NCBI GenBank assembly: GCA_028534125.1
Contig: CM052817.1
Coordinates: forward strand, 98,024,001-98,088,000
Length of the DNA: 64,000 nt
Reading direction: 5' to 3'
Source of the DNA: Lama glama
Lineage: Eukaryota
In this document: piece by piece, positions 49,479 through 60,810 of the stretch
Position numbering within the stretch: the first letter of the stretch is position 1
How the letters are laid out: the number at the start of each line of letters is the position of its first letter
Notes under the pieces: model-generated
The model's database searches: none
What the model saw: the letters and a program-made list of their open reading frames with translations, nothing else
What the model was told of the DNA's origin: nothing
Translations under genes and position numbers: made by a program

Positions 49479-50654
49479 GAAGACTATAAGCATTAAACAT
49501 TTAAATGGACACAATCCTAAGTGGATAAATTGGAAAGATATCTGTCACTTATTTAAGTTATATCCCAAAGTACCAGTTAGTACTTTGTATACACTTGGTG
49601 TTCAGGACATGAGTGACTTAAAATTAATTGTTATAAAATATTCATTTAATATCAACTTTCATCTTTCCCTGATGTATGTGCTGAAAACCCTCTCCTTTCT
49701 TATTTCCCCATGAGTGGCCCAAGGAGAATTGTGTTAGCATCAGATCTTGTAAGGCACATTTTATAATCATAGAGACATAGGACACTTACAATGTCAAGCC
49801 CTGCAGACTATCAGAGGTAAAATTAAGATGACACACTAGCCTTCTAATTCTAGGGCACATCTTTGGATTCCAAATAAAGCCTGTGTTAGTGATTTAGAAT
49901 CTGTATTGGGTCCCAAAGATCTCAACATAGCGAGTACACATCCCAGGTTTGCTTAAACCCATACGTAGTTTGTCTTCATTGAAAGCAAAAACGCTCTGAA
50001 AGTTCTAATACAATTTGAGATATTGAAGTCATCTTGTTTAATTTTCAAGAATTATTGGATCTCCAGGAAGCCTTTCGAGATGTATTTTGCCAAGAGCAAA
50101 TACATTTAAATACCCAGAGCCTCATTTATTTCTGTTCAAAACTACAGACCACATAAGGGTGGGATGACTTCTAAATCTGGCAAAGCGCCCTTTCCTGGTA
50201 CTCCAGAAGTGAGCATCAATCACCCCAAACAAGCAGCCCGCTACTAATCAGAACCACCTAATGAGTCTCATTGAAAATACTTTCAGCTATTTCTTGAGTC
50301 AAGTTGGAAAAGGCTGGGGGAAAACATCCCCTTTTGATTAAGCATCACAAATGAGAATTTCATTTAAGCAAATGCTCTCTGCTAACTAATTTGGAGAATG
50401 CACAGGAGACTAACATTTTTAGTGATGATATGGGGGGAAACATGGAAAGAAACACGAATATATTTATGGATGTGCTGCCCTGGGTTAAGCGAATATCTAT
50501 CACAGCTAGAGATAACAGTTAATATTTACAAAAGGGAGATATATATATATATATTTTTTTTTAATCCAAACATCAATTCTCAAAGAGGAGAAGAAAAACA
50601 TAAGTGTCATTTGACAGTCTCAAAAAACACCATTTTGATGCATTAAAATCCCTT

Positions 50655-50775
50655 AGAAGAATATATATACATCCATATAACTAAATCACTTTGCTGTATG
50701 CTAGAAACTAAAAAAGCATCATAAATCAACTATTAAAACAACAACAAAAACAACAGCAGCAGCAGCAGCAAAAAC
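50655..50775 (+). mobile_element. Short artiodactyl-type L1 3' stub with (CAA)n(CAG)n tail
   Basis: 'atataactaaatcactttgctgtatgctagaaactaaaaaagcatcataaatcaacta' followed by a CAA/CAG-converted tail. Confidence 0.75.
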
Positions 50776-50834
50776 TCTCAGGAGAGGCGCTAAATCATAC
50801 ACTCTTGCAAAGGGACCACTCACCCTAAAGAGGT

Positions 50835-51290
50835 GTTAGAGAATCCAAGGGGAGTTGCAAATTCAGATGCAAAAAAAGTACATTTTAATTTTTACTCAGC
50901 TATAATTCAAATTTTAACACTCCCTTCTTTTATGAATGTAGGCAATCAACCACATTATTGTAGCAGTATCTATGACTTTATCCTAGATTTTTCTAGGTAT
51001 TTCATAATGTCATATATATACAAATTGTAGATATCTAGAAATTTTATTCTCATCACCATTTTGAAATTATGGTGATTGTAAGACCAACTGCTAGATCTTG
51101 ATTGTTATTTAATGTTTAAATAAAGAACATTATTTGTCACAAATATTTTCTTAATATTTTGACACTATTTCAATATAATTGGTTTCCTGTATAATGCTAT
51201 GCATTATTTTATGTTAAAAACATTATTCCAAGCCAATATCTTTTGACTTTTCCAGGCTGCAAAATGCAAACATTTCTAGGATAAACCAAC
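50835..51290. mobile_element. hAT-Charlie DNA transposon relic, MER113-like
   Basis: 'ttatgaatgtaggcaatcaaccaca', 'ctgctagatcttg', 'atttcaatataattggtttcctg', 'aaaaacattattc'. Confidence 0.7.
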
Positions 51291-52069
51291 CATTAGAGTT
51301 CAAAATAGTCATCAACGTATTTTTGTCTGTATCTGTGATGAATATTTACCTTGACAAAAGGACACTTTGGCGCATTCTTTACTACTTTTATGCAGTTACG
51401 TCCTAGAGTGGGAGTTTAATGGCCACACACTGTTAAATAATAGTTCCTTGTAAGCTAATTTACTAGTGAACAATAGCTAGATACATGGTTTAAGTGATGT
51501 ATACACTGCACATTTGGGGGGAAAAAAGGAATGTTCTTTCTAATGAATAGTTTTTTACTCACATTGTCCTAGCTAGTCTACAACCTTGAAAAAAATTGTG
51601 TTTATTTAGAGCAATTTACCCAGATAAGTCTTCAAGCACAAGACTTAGGTAGATGATAATAAAGAATTTGGTTTTCTGGGATAAGGGTTAGATGCTGAAT
51701 TACTCCATTTTTATATCAATTTTCTGTATTCTCAAAAGTTGGCTACACTTTAAATATTGACATTGATGTATTGTAAATTCCACACTCCTTTTAAAAATTC
51801 ATCTATCATGTCATTCTTTGAGCTCCCCTGTATAGACAAGGTTGGGTTAAGAATTGGTTCTTTGCTCACCCTATTAGTTTGTGGATTCCATTTCTCACCC
51901 CCTTTTCAACATGCAACAAATGATTCGGTGCTTTCAACGTTAGGGATTACTAGAAAAATGCTTTTTAAAACCATGACTTTTTGGAAGGTTTAGAAATAGA
52001 GCAACAAGACATTTGGGACTTCTTTTATGGATAACTGCCAGTGGGACCTGCCTTAGTGGAAAAAAGCAA

Positions 52070-52072
<3 letters not shown>

Positions 52073-52104
<32 letters not shown>
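52073..52104. repeat. (GT)16 microsatellite
   Basis: Directly visible. Confidence 0.95.
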
Positions 52105-52106
<2 letters not shown>

Positions 52107-52409
52107 ACTACAGCATCCTAATCTCACTCCTCCTGCTCCATTTCCCGTGCTGTACTCCCTTGCCTCATTTCCCAGCAACTTTCAGGGGATATTTTGAGAG
52201 ATGGTGTGAGAAGGAGATGAAAAACAAATGAGAGAAAAAACAGAAAGAGGGAAGCAAAGAAACAAATAAAATAAAATGTAGTCAAGTCACTTAAAAACTG
52301 CATGAATATTCTCATAAAGAGGAAAAGTGAAAAAAGTACTCTGAAAATTAAAATGTCCTTTCCCCAGAGTAGACTACTCTTCAAGGTCTGAAGGAAAAAT
52401 ATTTAACTT

Positions 52410-52468
52410 GCTCTCTGTCTCTTTCTTTCTCCTTTTTCTCTTTTTCTATTTCTTTCTTTTTCTTTCTC

Positions 52469-52512
<44 letters not shown>

Positions 52513-52580
52513 TTTTTCTTCCTTCCTTCCTTCCATCCTTTCTTCCTTTCCTCCTTTCTTTCTTCTTTCCTTTTGTATTT
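52410..52580. repeat. (TTTC)n/(TTCC)n microsatellite
   Basis: Directly visible; sits at the 3' tail of the adjacent antisense L2. Confidence 0.95.
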
Positions 52581-52594
52581 CTTCACTCTTTCTG

Positions 52595-54090
52595 CCTCAT
52601 TATATTCTAAGTTCTATTTTAGGTGCTGGGGATAAACAAGAGAGAAACAGGGGACGGAAATATTTGCTTTCACGTTGCTCACATGCTGGTGGCAAGGAGA
52701 GTCAGCCAACAAGGTAAATGAGAAATACAGTGAAGTGTAACGTGCTAGACAGTGATAAGTGCTGAAGAGAAAAATATAAAGGAGAAAGAAGATATACAAT
52801 TTTCAGGCAGCAAGGTGGAATTAAAACAGCTTGGTGGGAAAAGGCCTCACTGAGAATGTGACTTCTGAGAGGACACTGGGGAGAAAGCTCCAAGGAAAGA
52901 AGGAGATGGGCTTCCAGACGTCTGGGGTATGAGCATGCCAGGCAGGAGGAACAGCAAAGGTCTTAACACTGGGAATAGTTCTTAGGAAACATCAGGGAGG
53001 CCAGTGGGTCTGGAAGAGCCAGAAAGGTAATGAGGTGACAGAGAATAACCTCAGGGGTTAGGACTATCTATGACTTTCACTTTGACAGAGGAGTGACTGG
53101 AAGGTTTTGAATATAAGAGCAGCACGAGGAATTTTTAGGGCAATGAAATTATTCTGTATGATACTTCAGTGGTGGCTATGTGTCACTATGCATTTGTCAA
53201 AGCCCATAGAATGTACAACATCAAGAGTGAGCCCTGATGTAAACTGTGGACTTTGGTTGATAATAATATGCCCATGTTGGTTCATCGATTGTACTAAATA
53301 TGCCACCCTGACGAGGGATGTTGAGGGTAGGGGAATATACATGTGTGGGTGGGGAGGGCTATATGCGAACTCTCTGTACTTTCTGCTCAATTCTGTTGTG
53401 AACCTGAAACTGCTCTAAAAGAATAAAGTCTATTAAAACAAAGAAAAAGAAAGAGTGGCATGATTTAACTTATGTTTGAGATGAGATATTGATTCCTGTG
53501 ATGAGAAGAGACTAGGTAGGGGGGATCCAAGCAGAGACGTCAGTTGGACCAAGTGGTAGCAGCAGTTGTGAGTAGAAGTGGCTGCGTTTTTGATATATTT
53601 TAAGGTAAGTCGATGGGATTTGCTGATGATTTGATAACAGGTTATAAGAAAAAGAAAGGAATTAAGGAGTACTATAAGGTTTGTGGGGCAGAACAATTCG
53701 GAAACTGAAGTTGCCATGAACTCAGAGCAGAAAGCAGGTTTGGACGTTGGTGGCTGGAGGTAGCTGACGTTTTAAATTTGAGCTGCTTCTTCCCCACCCA
53801 AGGAGAGATGTCAAGTAGGTGGCTAATTATATGGATTTAAGCTTCAAGGAAGAGGTCCGTGCTAGTGAGAGGGACTTGGGAATCATCGTATATAGAAGAC
53901 AACTAAAGACATGGGTCTGGTTGAGGTTGTCTTGGATGTGGGTGTAAATATGAAAGACTATCAAAGAGAAGATGCCCAAGGTAAGGACTTTGGGACATCC
54001 CAGTGATTAGAGGTGGGGGGCATGAGGAAGGACCCCCCCCAAAAGACTGAGAAAGAGCATCCAGAAAAATGGGAGTAATAGCCAGGCCTG
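52595..54090 (-). mobile_element. L2a-like element interrupted by L1MC1 (53118-53450)
   Basis: 'ctattttaggtgctggggata', 'gtgataagtgctgaagag', 'aaggcctcactgagaatgtgac', 'gccaggcaggaggaacagcaaagg'; resumes 'gagtggcatgatttaacttatgttt', 'ggagagatgtcaagtagg'. Confidence 0.85.
53118..53450 (+). mobile_element. L1MC1-like 3' end
   Basis: 'tttttagggcaatgaaattattctgtatgatact...catttgtcaaagcccatagaatgtacaacatcaagagtgagccctgatgtaaactgtggactttgg...aataaagtctatt'. Confidence 0.9.
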
Positions 54091-55896
54091 ATTCCTTCAG
54101 GTGCCTTCCCGTGCCCTTATTTGGAGGCACTATAAATGTGAGCAGCCTAGTTTAGTCCAGGGAAAATGCTGTAAGGATGATGTTGTTTAGCTCAACTTGG
54201 TTTAATGATGCTGAGAAGTATACCATATGCAACCCATCGATATTTTTGTTTGGTTTGAATTAAGGCTTGCTGGCTGCAGAAAACTGAGAATGCATCATGT
54301 TGGAAGATGGGCACACAGAACACTGTGTGTGTTTTCACAGTTTCCGTGACATTTTAACTGAGCATGGAGGACATTGCTCTCCTTTCCTCACACTTGGTAT
54401 GGCTAATGCCGAACGTGTGAGGATGACAGTCACGCCATGTGACAGATTGCAGTGTCACACACATGGGATACTGTTTCCACCGCAGGGATGAGCAGAAGGG
54501 AATCGTGGCTGGGAGAGAGAAACTGTTCAGCCGCAAACAGCGTCACAAACTAGCAATGCAAATTGAGAAAGCTACCAGCTTCTTTCCGGTCGTTCCCTCT
54601 TCCCCGTTACCTCCAAGTATGCTTTTTTTTGCTTTTTTTTTTTTTTCTGAATTCATGCTATCTCCACCAGTACTGGGACAGTCAGTTGTATTTGCAAAAA
54701 ATACCCCACTAATGTTGTGTCAAGAGAGCATTCAGCAAATGTAGACTTTTAGTCTGGGAAAAACTGGCTTGCTTGGGCAATCAAGTAATGATACCTGAGA
54801 GAAGAAAAGAAGTGTGAGGGAAAGGAGTGGAGCACGTACATTGCTCATATAAAGCCGTGTTTACAATTTAAAAGTCAGATTCCTTTGACTGGGGAAAAGA
54901 CCCAACATCATTTGAAGAGGATAACAATCTAGGGTGTGGCGCTGTGTAGGGTCCGCCCTTCTTGTTCCTCTGGGGACACTGAGGTCCTTTCTCTGAGCAA
55001 CAGCATCTCCCCCAGAGACAGACCAGGGACGGCAAGGAAGGAGACTGAGATGTCTTGGTTCTTCCAATGCTGTATATCACGGTCTTAAGAAGAAGCAGAA
55101 AAAAATATTTAGGTAGAAGAAAAGTTAAATATTGACTAAAATGAACTTCCAGATATTTTGTGAAGTTAATCTGTTCATGTTTTCTCTGTCACCCATTCTA
55201 GAATGGGGGAATCTTAGACCCACAAGCCCAGTGAGCAGATGACCTCACTTAGGTGTGGGGGGAACATGCCTCCCTCCGTCTCTCTTTCTGTATGGTTGTT
55301 TCTGTCTCTCTCTCCCTCTCTGTTCTGCTTCTCTCTCCTCCACAATCTCTCCTCATCTTTCCTCCACAGTAGTATTGTTAACTTTGGAATTCACTGATTT
55401 TTTTTTCTAGATAAGATATTTGATAGAATTTCATTACATAACAAATTATTTGCTCCTCAGGCTTCATTTCATACTCAGTCAAGGGGGAAGAATTCACACC
55501 CTAACTGATTTCTTTTGGGGACCATAATCATTTGTTTTAGGGAGTGTGTGAGGGATGACGTTTGAATTCTAAGACTTAGGCATCCTAATCTTCAAGGTAA
55601 AAGCTGGTGACTGGAACCGCTGATCTTATATTTTCAGAATTGATTTCATTAAGTTTGTGAAGAATAACAGCTCTCATTTTATTCTTAGATATTGCTCTTG
55701 ATAAATATTAAATAAAATAATAAGAAAGAGGGAGCTCAACTCCTTACAGCCTTCTTCCTCTTATGGAAATAATGTGCCATAAAAGAAAGCTGAAATTTAT
55801 TTAGCTCCACATGTGCTCTTCTGAGCAACAAAAATGTATTAACAGCAATTGGCAGGAATTAACAAGAATATCAGATTGACCACCTGGAACAAACCT

Positions 55897-55940
55897 TTAT
55901 TTTATTTTATTTTATATTATTTTATTTCATTTTATTTTTT
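55897..55940. repeat. (TTTTA)n simple repeat
   Basis: Directly visible. Confidence 0.9.
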
Positions 55941-56324
55941 AAAGTAGTGCTTTAATCCTTTGGACTCCATGATAAAATTAGGTCAATGAAGGTGATACAG
56001 TTTAATAATGTGATCAAAAGCACCCTGAGGAAATATAAAGTCAACAGTAATTCAACTTGTGTTTTAGATTTATAGCCTCCAACTTTGTAGCACTGAAGAA
56101 AATTCCATCAGGTGTTTCCTGCATCTCTTTTTCTCCCTGGAGGAAAACAAACTAGTTATCTCCCTTTCCCATGATTAGAGAATTGTCACTTTTAAAAAGC
56201 AATGCTCTTTGTCCCCAAAGCAGAAACATAACAAGAAAATCACAGTACATATTCCGATGAACTTCTTGGGACTTACACTTGATGATCCTCCTTTACGGAG
56301 GCGTTTCCTGTAAGTGTGCAGAGG

Positions 56325-56515
56325 TGTGTTTTACTGAATGCTACTTCACAGAACTGCACACACTCCACTTCCTCGAAGGCTTTCAACAGCCTCGTAAGGT
56401 GTGTTTTATTACCCTCATTTTCCAGAGGAGAACACTAGGTATCAGAAAATGTAAACGACTTGCTGGATGCTATGGTTTGAAGTGTTGGAGCCAGGATCTG
56501 AACCTAGACCAAAGA
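56325..56515 (-). mobile_element. MIR SINE
   Basis: 'caacagcctcgtaaggtgtgttttattaccctcattttccagaggagaacactagg...ggagccaggatctgaaccta'. Confidence 0.8.
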
Positions 56516-56979
56516 TGAAGATGTATATACAGTGATGAGCTATTTCATTTCTTAAATGACATATAATCATGGGTGCGCATCTGTGCACGGTGAGGGCGTG
56601 GGCGGCAATCTATGCAAGCCAGCCAACAGAGCAGATGCCAGTATGGTTCCTTTGTCCTGGGTTCGGAAAATGGGATATAAGGGAATGAAAGTGATGTTGT
56701 GATCCGGGGCTGGAATGCTTCTGTGCTGTTGAATAACCTTCTCCTGTGCATATGAGGTCAGTTACCTCAGGAAAGGAGACAAATAAAACGGAAAGCTCTC
56801 AGGTCCCAAAGCTTTTAAGCTGTCACCAGAGGCCTGGACTCCTATTCAAAATATTTCTTAAAATGTACTTTGGATCCTCTCATTATATTAGCCTAGAGCA
56901 TCTCCTATCTAATATAGAATTGACCATATTAAACATTAATTAACAGATTAAACATTAATGATCTGAATTACAATCAAGG

Positions 56980-57855
56980 ATTTAGAAAATAGCAGAGTGA
57001 AATGGAAGAAAATTGGAAAAAAATAATAATGAATGGAGGAAAATGAATGTAAAGGAAGCAAACAAGAAAAAAAAAGAATAGAGAAAGACAATGAAATAAA
57101 CACCCAGTTCTAGAAAAATACTATTAACATAGATGAAACTCTGCCAATATTGGTCAGGAAAAAAAAAAGAGAAAAAGAGAGAGAAGAGCAATGGATGGAT
57201 TGATGGATGGATGGATAGATGTATTGAAAAGAACACCATAAGTATAGATAATATTGAGGATTTTTAAAACTTATTAAAAGTAGGAGAAGCTTTATGATAA
57301 TGAGTTTAAAATCACAAAATGCTGCCTAGAAATATGTAAGTTAATAAAATGTACTCATTGTAAATAAAAAATCTAAAAGGGACTTACAGCAATTAAAAAG
57401 ATACAATTATAGAAAAATCTACATACAAGAAAAACAGCAGGTCTAGGTGTTTCAATTGACATGATTTACCAAGTTATCAAGAAATAGATTACCCTTTTCT
57501 TATAAAACTCTTCCAGAGTTTAGGAAAAAATTAAAACTCCTCAACTAATTTTTTGAAACTAGTGTGAGTTTGATAATGATTCTGCAAGTAAATGGAGCCG
57601 GGAAACTTATTAGCCATGATCATTTATGAAATAGGTGCAAAATACTGTATGACATAGTAAACTGACTCGCACTTCTGCGTGTGTTTGTGCACATGTGGAC
57701 ACGGGTGAAACAATCTCATGACTCAGTATGTTTTATCCTGAGGCTGTTAAGACAATTTAAATTTAGAAAATGCATTGATGTAATACACCAATTTGACAGT
57801 GTAAAGAAAAAATTCATATTAGTAAACGCAGCAGTCATTTAATAAAATTCAAAAC
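56980..57855 (+). mobile_element. Old L1 ORF2 fragment with (TGGA)n at ~57190-57220
   Basis: A-rich; 'aacatagatgaaactctgcca', 'caggtctaggtgtttca', 'tataaaactcttccagag', 'catttaataaaattcaaaacc'. Confidence 0.65.
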
Positions 57856-58161
57856 CAGCCGAATGCAGATCGAAAATTTCAGGAAAAAATTTCAGAGAGT
57901 TGCAAAAAGCAAAACTTTGCCGCACTGGCAACTATTTACACAGCGTTTGTATTTACAGCTATTTAGGCAGCACTTACATGGTGTTAGCTATTATAAGGAA
58001 TCTTCTAATCTTAAGAGATGACAAAGTATCCAGGAGGATGTGTGTCGATTGTATGCAAATATTGCACCATTTTATTTATAGAAAGGACTTGAGCATCCAC
58101 AGACTTTGCTGCCCACAGGGGTCCTGAAACCAATCCCCTGCGGGTACTGAGGAACAACTTT
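57856..58161. mobile_element. TcMar-Tigger MITE, MER2B-like
   Basis: 'ggaggatgtgtgtcgattgtatgcaaatattgcaccatttta...ggacttgagcatccacag...ggtcctgaaaccaatcccctgcgggtactgaggaacaact'. Confidence 0.85.
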
Positions 58162-58164
58162 AGT

Positions 58165-58570
58165 TCAAATTCGTTTGGCTGTAGGCAACAGAGTCTTATT
58201 TCAAATTAGCTTAATTAACATGAACATCTACTATCATCTGAGTCCAGAGTTTAGACCAAAACCAGACTTATAACTGCTCAACAAGTCTTCAAGGACACAG
58301 TTCTTTCCAATACTGCTTCTGCCATTCTTAGCATCTCAGTTTGTATCACAGACTAGACTCTCCCTCTCTTGGCAGCAAGAACGCTGCAGCTATTCTGTGG
58401 ATCTCATCCAGACAGATAACGTCCCGAAGGAAAGGAGGCCCTGATATCCCTGTGGCTTCTAAAAGGGGTGAGGAAATCAGAAGTTCATGCTTCTTTGGTC
58501 AGGATTGGTCATGTACCCATTCTCAGACCAATTATTGGCCAAGAGAATGGAAGACCATAATCATTGGAGC
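58165..58570 (-). mobile_element. Old MaLR LTR (MLT1J/K-like)
   Basis: 'tttggctgtaggcaacagag...cttcaaggacacagttctttcc...ctgccattcttagcat...gcaagaacgctgcagc...ggattggtcatgtaccc'. Confidence 0.65.
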
Positions 58571-59199
58571 GAGGCTTTTCATAGCAAAAGGTTAGAGACT
58601 AAATATTCATTGATAAGCAAATGGATAAAATTTTATATTACAGTTACAGTAGAATACTATATAATAATGCTAACAAGAGTTATAAATGATATTTATTAAG
58701 GTTTTACTATATGCTAAGCACTCTTCTAAGCACTTGCCCAACACGTATTCACTTTTCTAGCACAAAACCCATTGCTGGTTGGGCATTTAAATTGAGATAG
58801 CAATTTTATTCTATTTCATACCCATTAGACTGACAAAACTTAAAGGTTCTGGTAATGAACAGTGTTGGTAAAGATACATGTTGTGTGTATGAACACACAT
58901 ATATACCTATATATAAATATATATGAGACAGAAACTTCATATACTACTATAAAAGTTTAATTTTTCATATTAATTAAATAACTTCAAAGTCACAAAGCTT
59001 AATAGAGACAGAGAATTTGAATTCAGTCTTTAATTAGTAGTTAAAATAAATAAATTAAATTCATAGGTATTTATGTGGCAACTATTAAAAGCATAATCTT
59101 GAGTAGATAGCAGCCCTTCAATGTAAAAGGAAACATGAAAAATAGACTGAGTTTGTCAAGGGGAAAGAGGGAGGGGGAGGGGACCTTTAATGAGCTCAC

Positions 59200-60030
59200 T
59201 TGGGAATGGGTTGTATTGAAGACCAAAAGCAAGGCTGATGCCACGCAGTCATCTGTACAACTATCCAGGATGCATCAGATGCAAAGATTTCAAAGAAAGA
59301 GGTTTGGATCTGGAAAGTTGAGAGTTATGAAGGTAGCAGTGGAAACTGAGCGAGTGTATTTAAAGTGAAAAGAGGGAAGTTATGAAAAAAGGGTCCTGAG
59401 GTTAAGAAGAAAGGAACCAGAAAAGGAGACTGAGAACATCCAAGTGACTGTAGATAAGAGAGGAATGTCTCAGACACGAGTGGGGGGTGAACCTCCAGTC
59501 CGTCATGGCCAATAATGTCACGTGCTGCAAGAGTAGTAAAAACACTTGGTATATCGTGAAAGACCTTGATGAAACCAGTTTCAAACGCAGTTACAGTTAG
59601 AAACTTGCACTGTGCTTTGAAAAGTCAATAGGAGATGTGTAAGAGGGTAGGAGAAATGCATCCTATTTTTCAGAGAAGCTCGGTCAGGGAAGGAGAGTGT
59701 GTGTTAGAGCACTAGCCAGAAGGAATGAAGGGTTTTCAGTGGAAAAGACACAGGGATAGTTGCAGAGCGTGTAAGAGTCAGTAGGGGGAGAGGTCCAAAT
59801 TGTTGGAAAGATAGGGAAGGGTGGGACTTACCATGACAGCAACATCTGGACGAAGCTGAGAAGCCGTGGATCAAGAGCACAGGTGGAGAATTCAGCCTTG
59901 AACGTGAGAAGCAGTGGGGAAGTGAATGAGAGATCTCCCAGATGAGAAGAGAGACAGATGGAACAAAGAAAGGGGAGAAATGAGTTTTATCCTGCTGTGT
60001 TTCCAATCAGCTCTTCCCAGGAGGGATGCT
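59200..60030 (-). mobile_element. L2 fragment (diverged)
   Basis: 'gaaagaccttgatgaaaccagtttca', 'tttcagagaagctcggtcagggaagg', 'gagcacaggtggagaattcagccttg'. Confidence 0.5.
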
Positions 60031-60489
60031 TGGCGAGAAAAGCAGGAAACAGACAGGTGGCCCAAAGTCTGTTGGGTAAAGTTAATATATAGTTGCTTGA
60101 TTATTCAGGTCTGAGTTTTAGGATAAAAAGTAGTAGATTAAAAGCAATCACTGCAAATTTATGAATCACATCCAGTTATCCAGACACCAGTCTCCTGACC
60201 TCAATTTCTGCCTCCCTTAGTGAGCGGAGCTGGAGTGTTGCCTATGTGGAGGCCATCCTGATTTTGAAACGAAAAAGCAGACTGAAGCCAGAAGAGTTAA
60301 AGAAAAGACTCACCAGATGCCAGTGCCAAAAGCTGAAGGCCACCTAGAGATCAACCCCACAATCTCTCTTCCACAGAGGAGAAAATTAAGTCGCAAAAGC
60401 ATTCACAACAGCCCCACGGTCATCAAGTGATTGATTGCAGAAGGTCTCATGGTTCCTATTGAACACATTGAACATTTTGCCTCTTTAAT

Positions 60490-60640
60490 TCATTTCTTAT
60501 TTGCCTCCTCCCATGAGAATGTGCTCTCCCTGAGACCAGAGATTTTAGTCTCGTTTGCTCACTGCCACTGCCTCAACCCTCAATGTGTACCTGGTGTTCA
60601 CAAGGCACCTGATCATTATTTGCTGAGTAAACGAATCACA
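60490..60640 (+). mobile_element. L2 3' end
   Basis: 'gaatgtgctctccctgagaccagagattttagtctcgtttgctcactg...gtacctgg...tatttgctgagtaaacgaat'. Confidence 0.7.
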
Positions 60641-60689
60641 TCTTCTATGTCCCCAACACACTGTCACAGAGAGCACATCAGAGTGAGAT

Positions 60690-60810
60690 TGATACTTCTC
60701 ACAACCACCGCCAGGCAAGCCACTTTGCCATTATCTGCTTCTTCATTGGGTAGAGAAAGCTGTGGGGCAGAGCAAAATTCAAATCCAAGACTGCCTGGTC
60801 TCAGCCAAAT
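60690..60810 (-). mobile_element. MIR fragment
   Basis: 'cttctcacaaccaccgccaggcaag...ggcagagcaaaattcaaatccaagactgcctggtctc'. Confidence 0.55.

Noticed and set aside
52408..52635. Phe/Leu/Ser-rich membrane-like ORF
   Set aside because: Translation of the (TTTC)n microsatellite.
54385..54470. H/ACA snoRNA or pre-miRNA
   Set aside because: The hairpins are only ~30-40 nt, there is no ANANNA hinge, and the stems are too short for a pre-miRNA.
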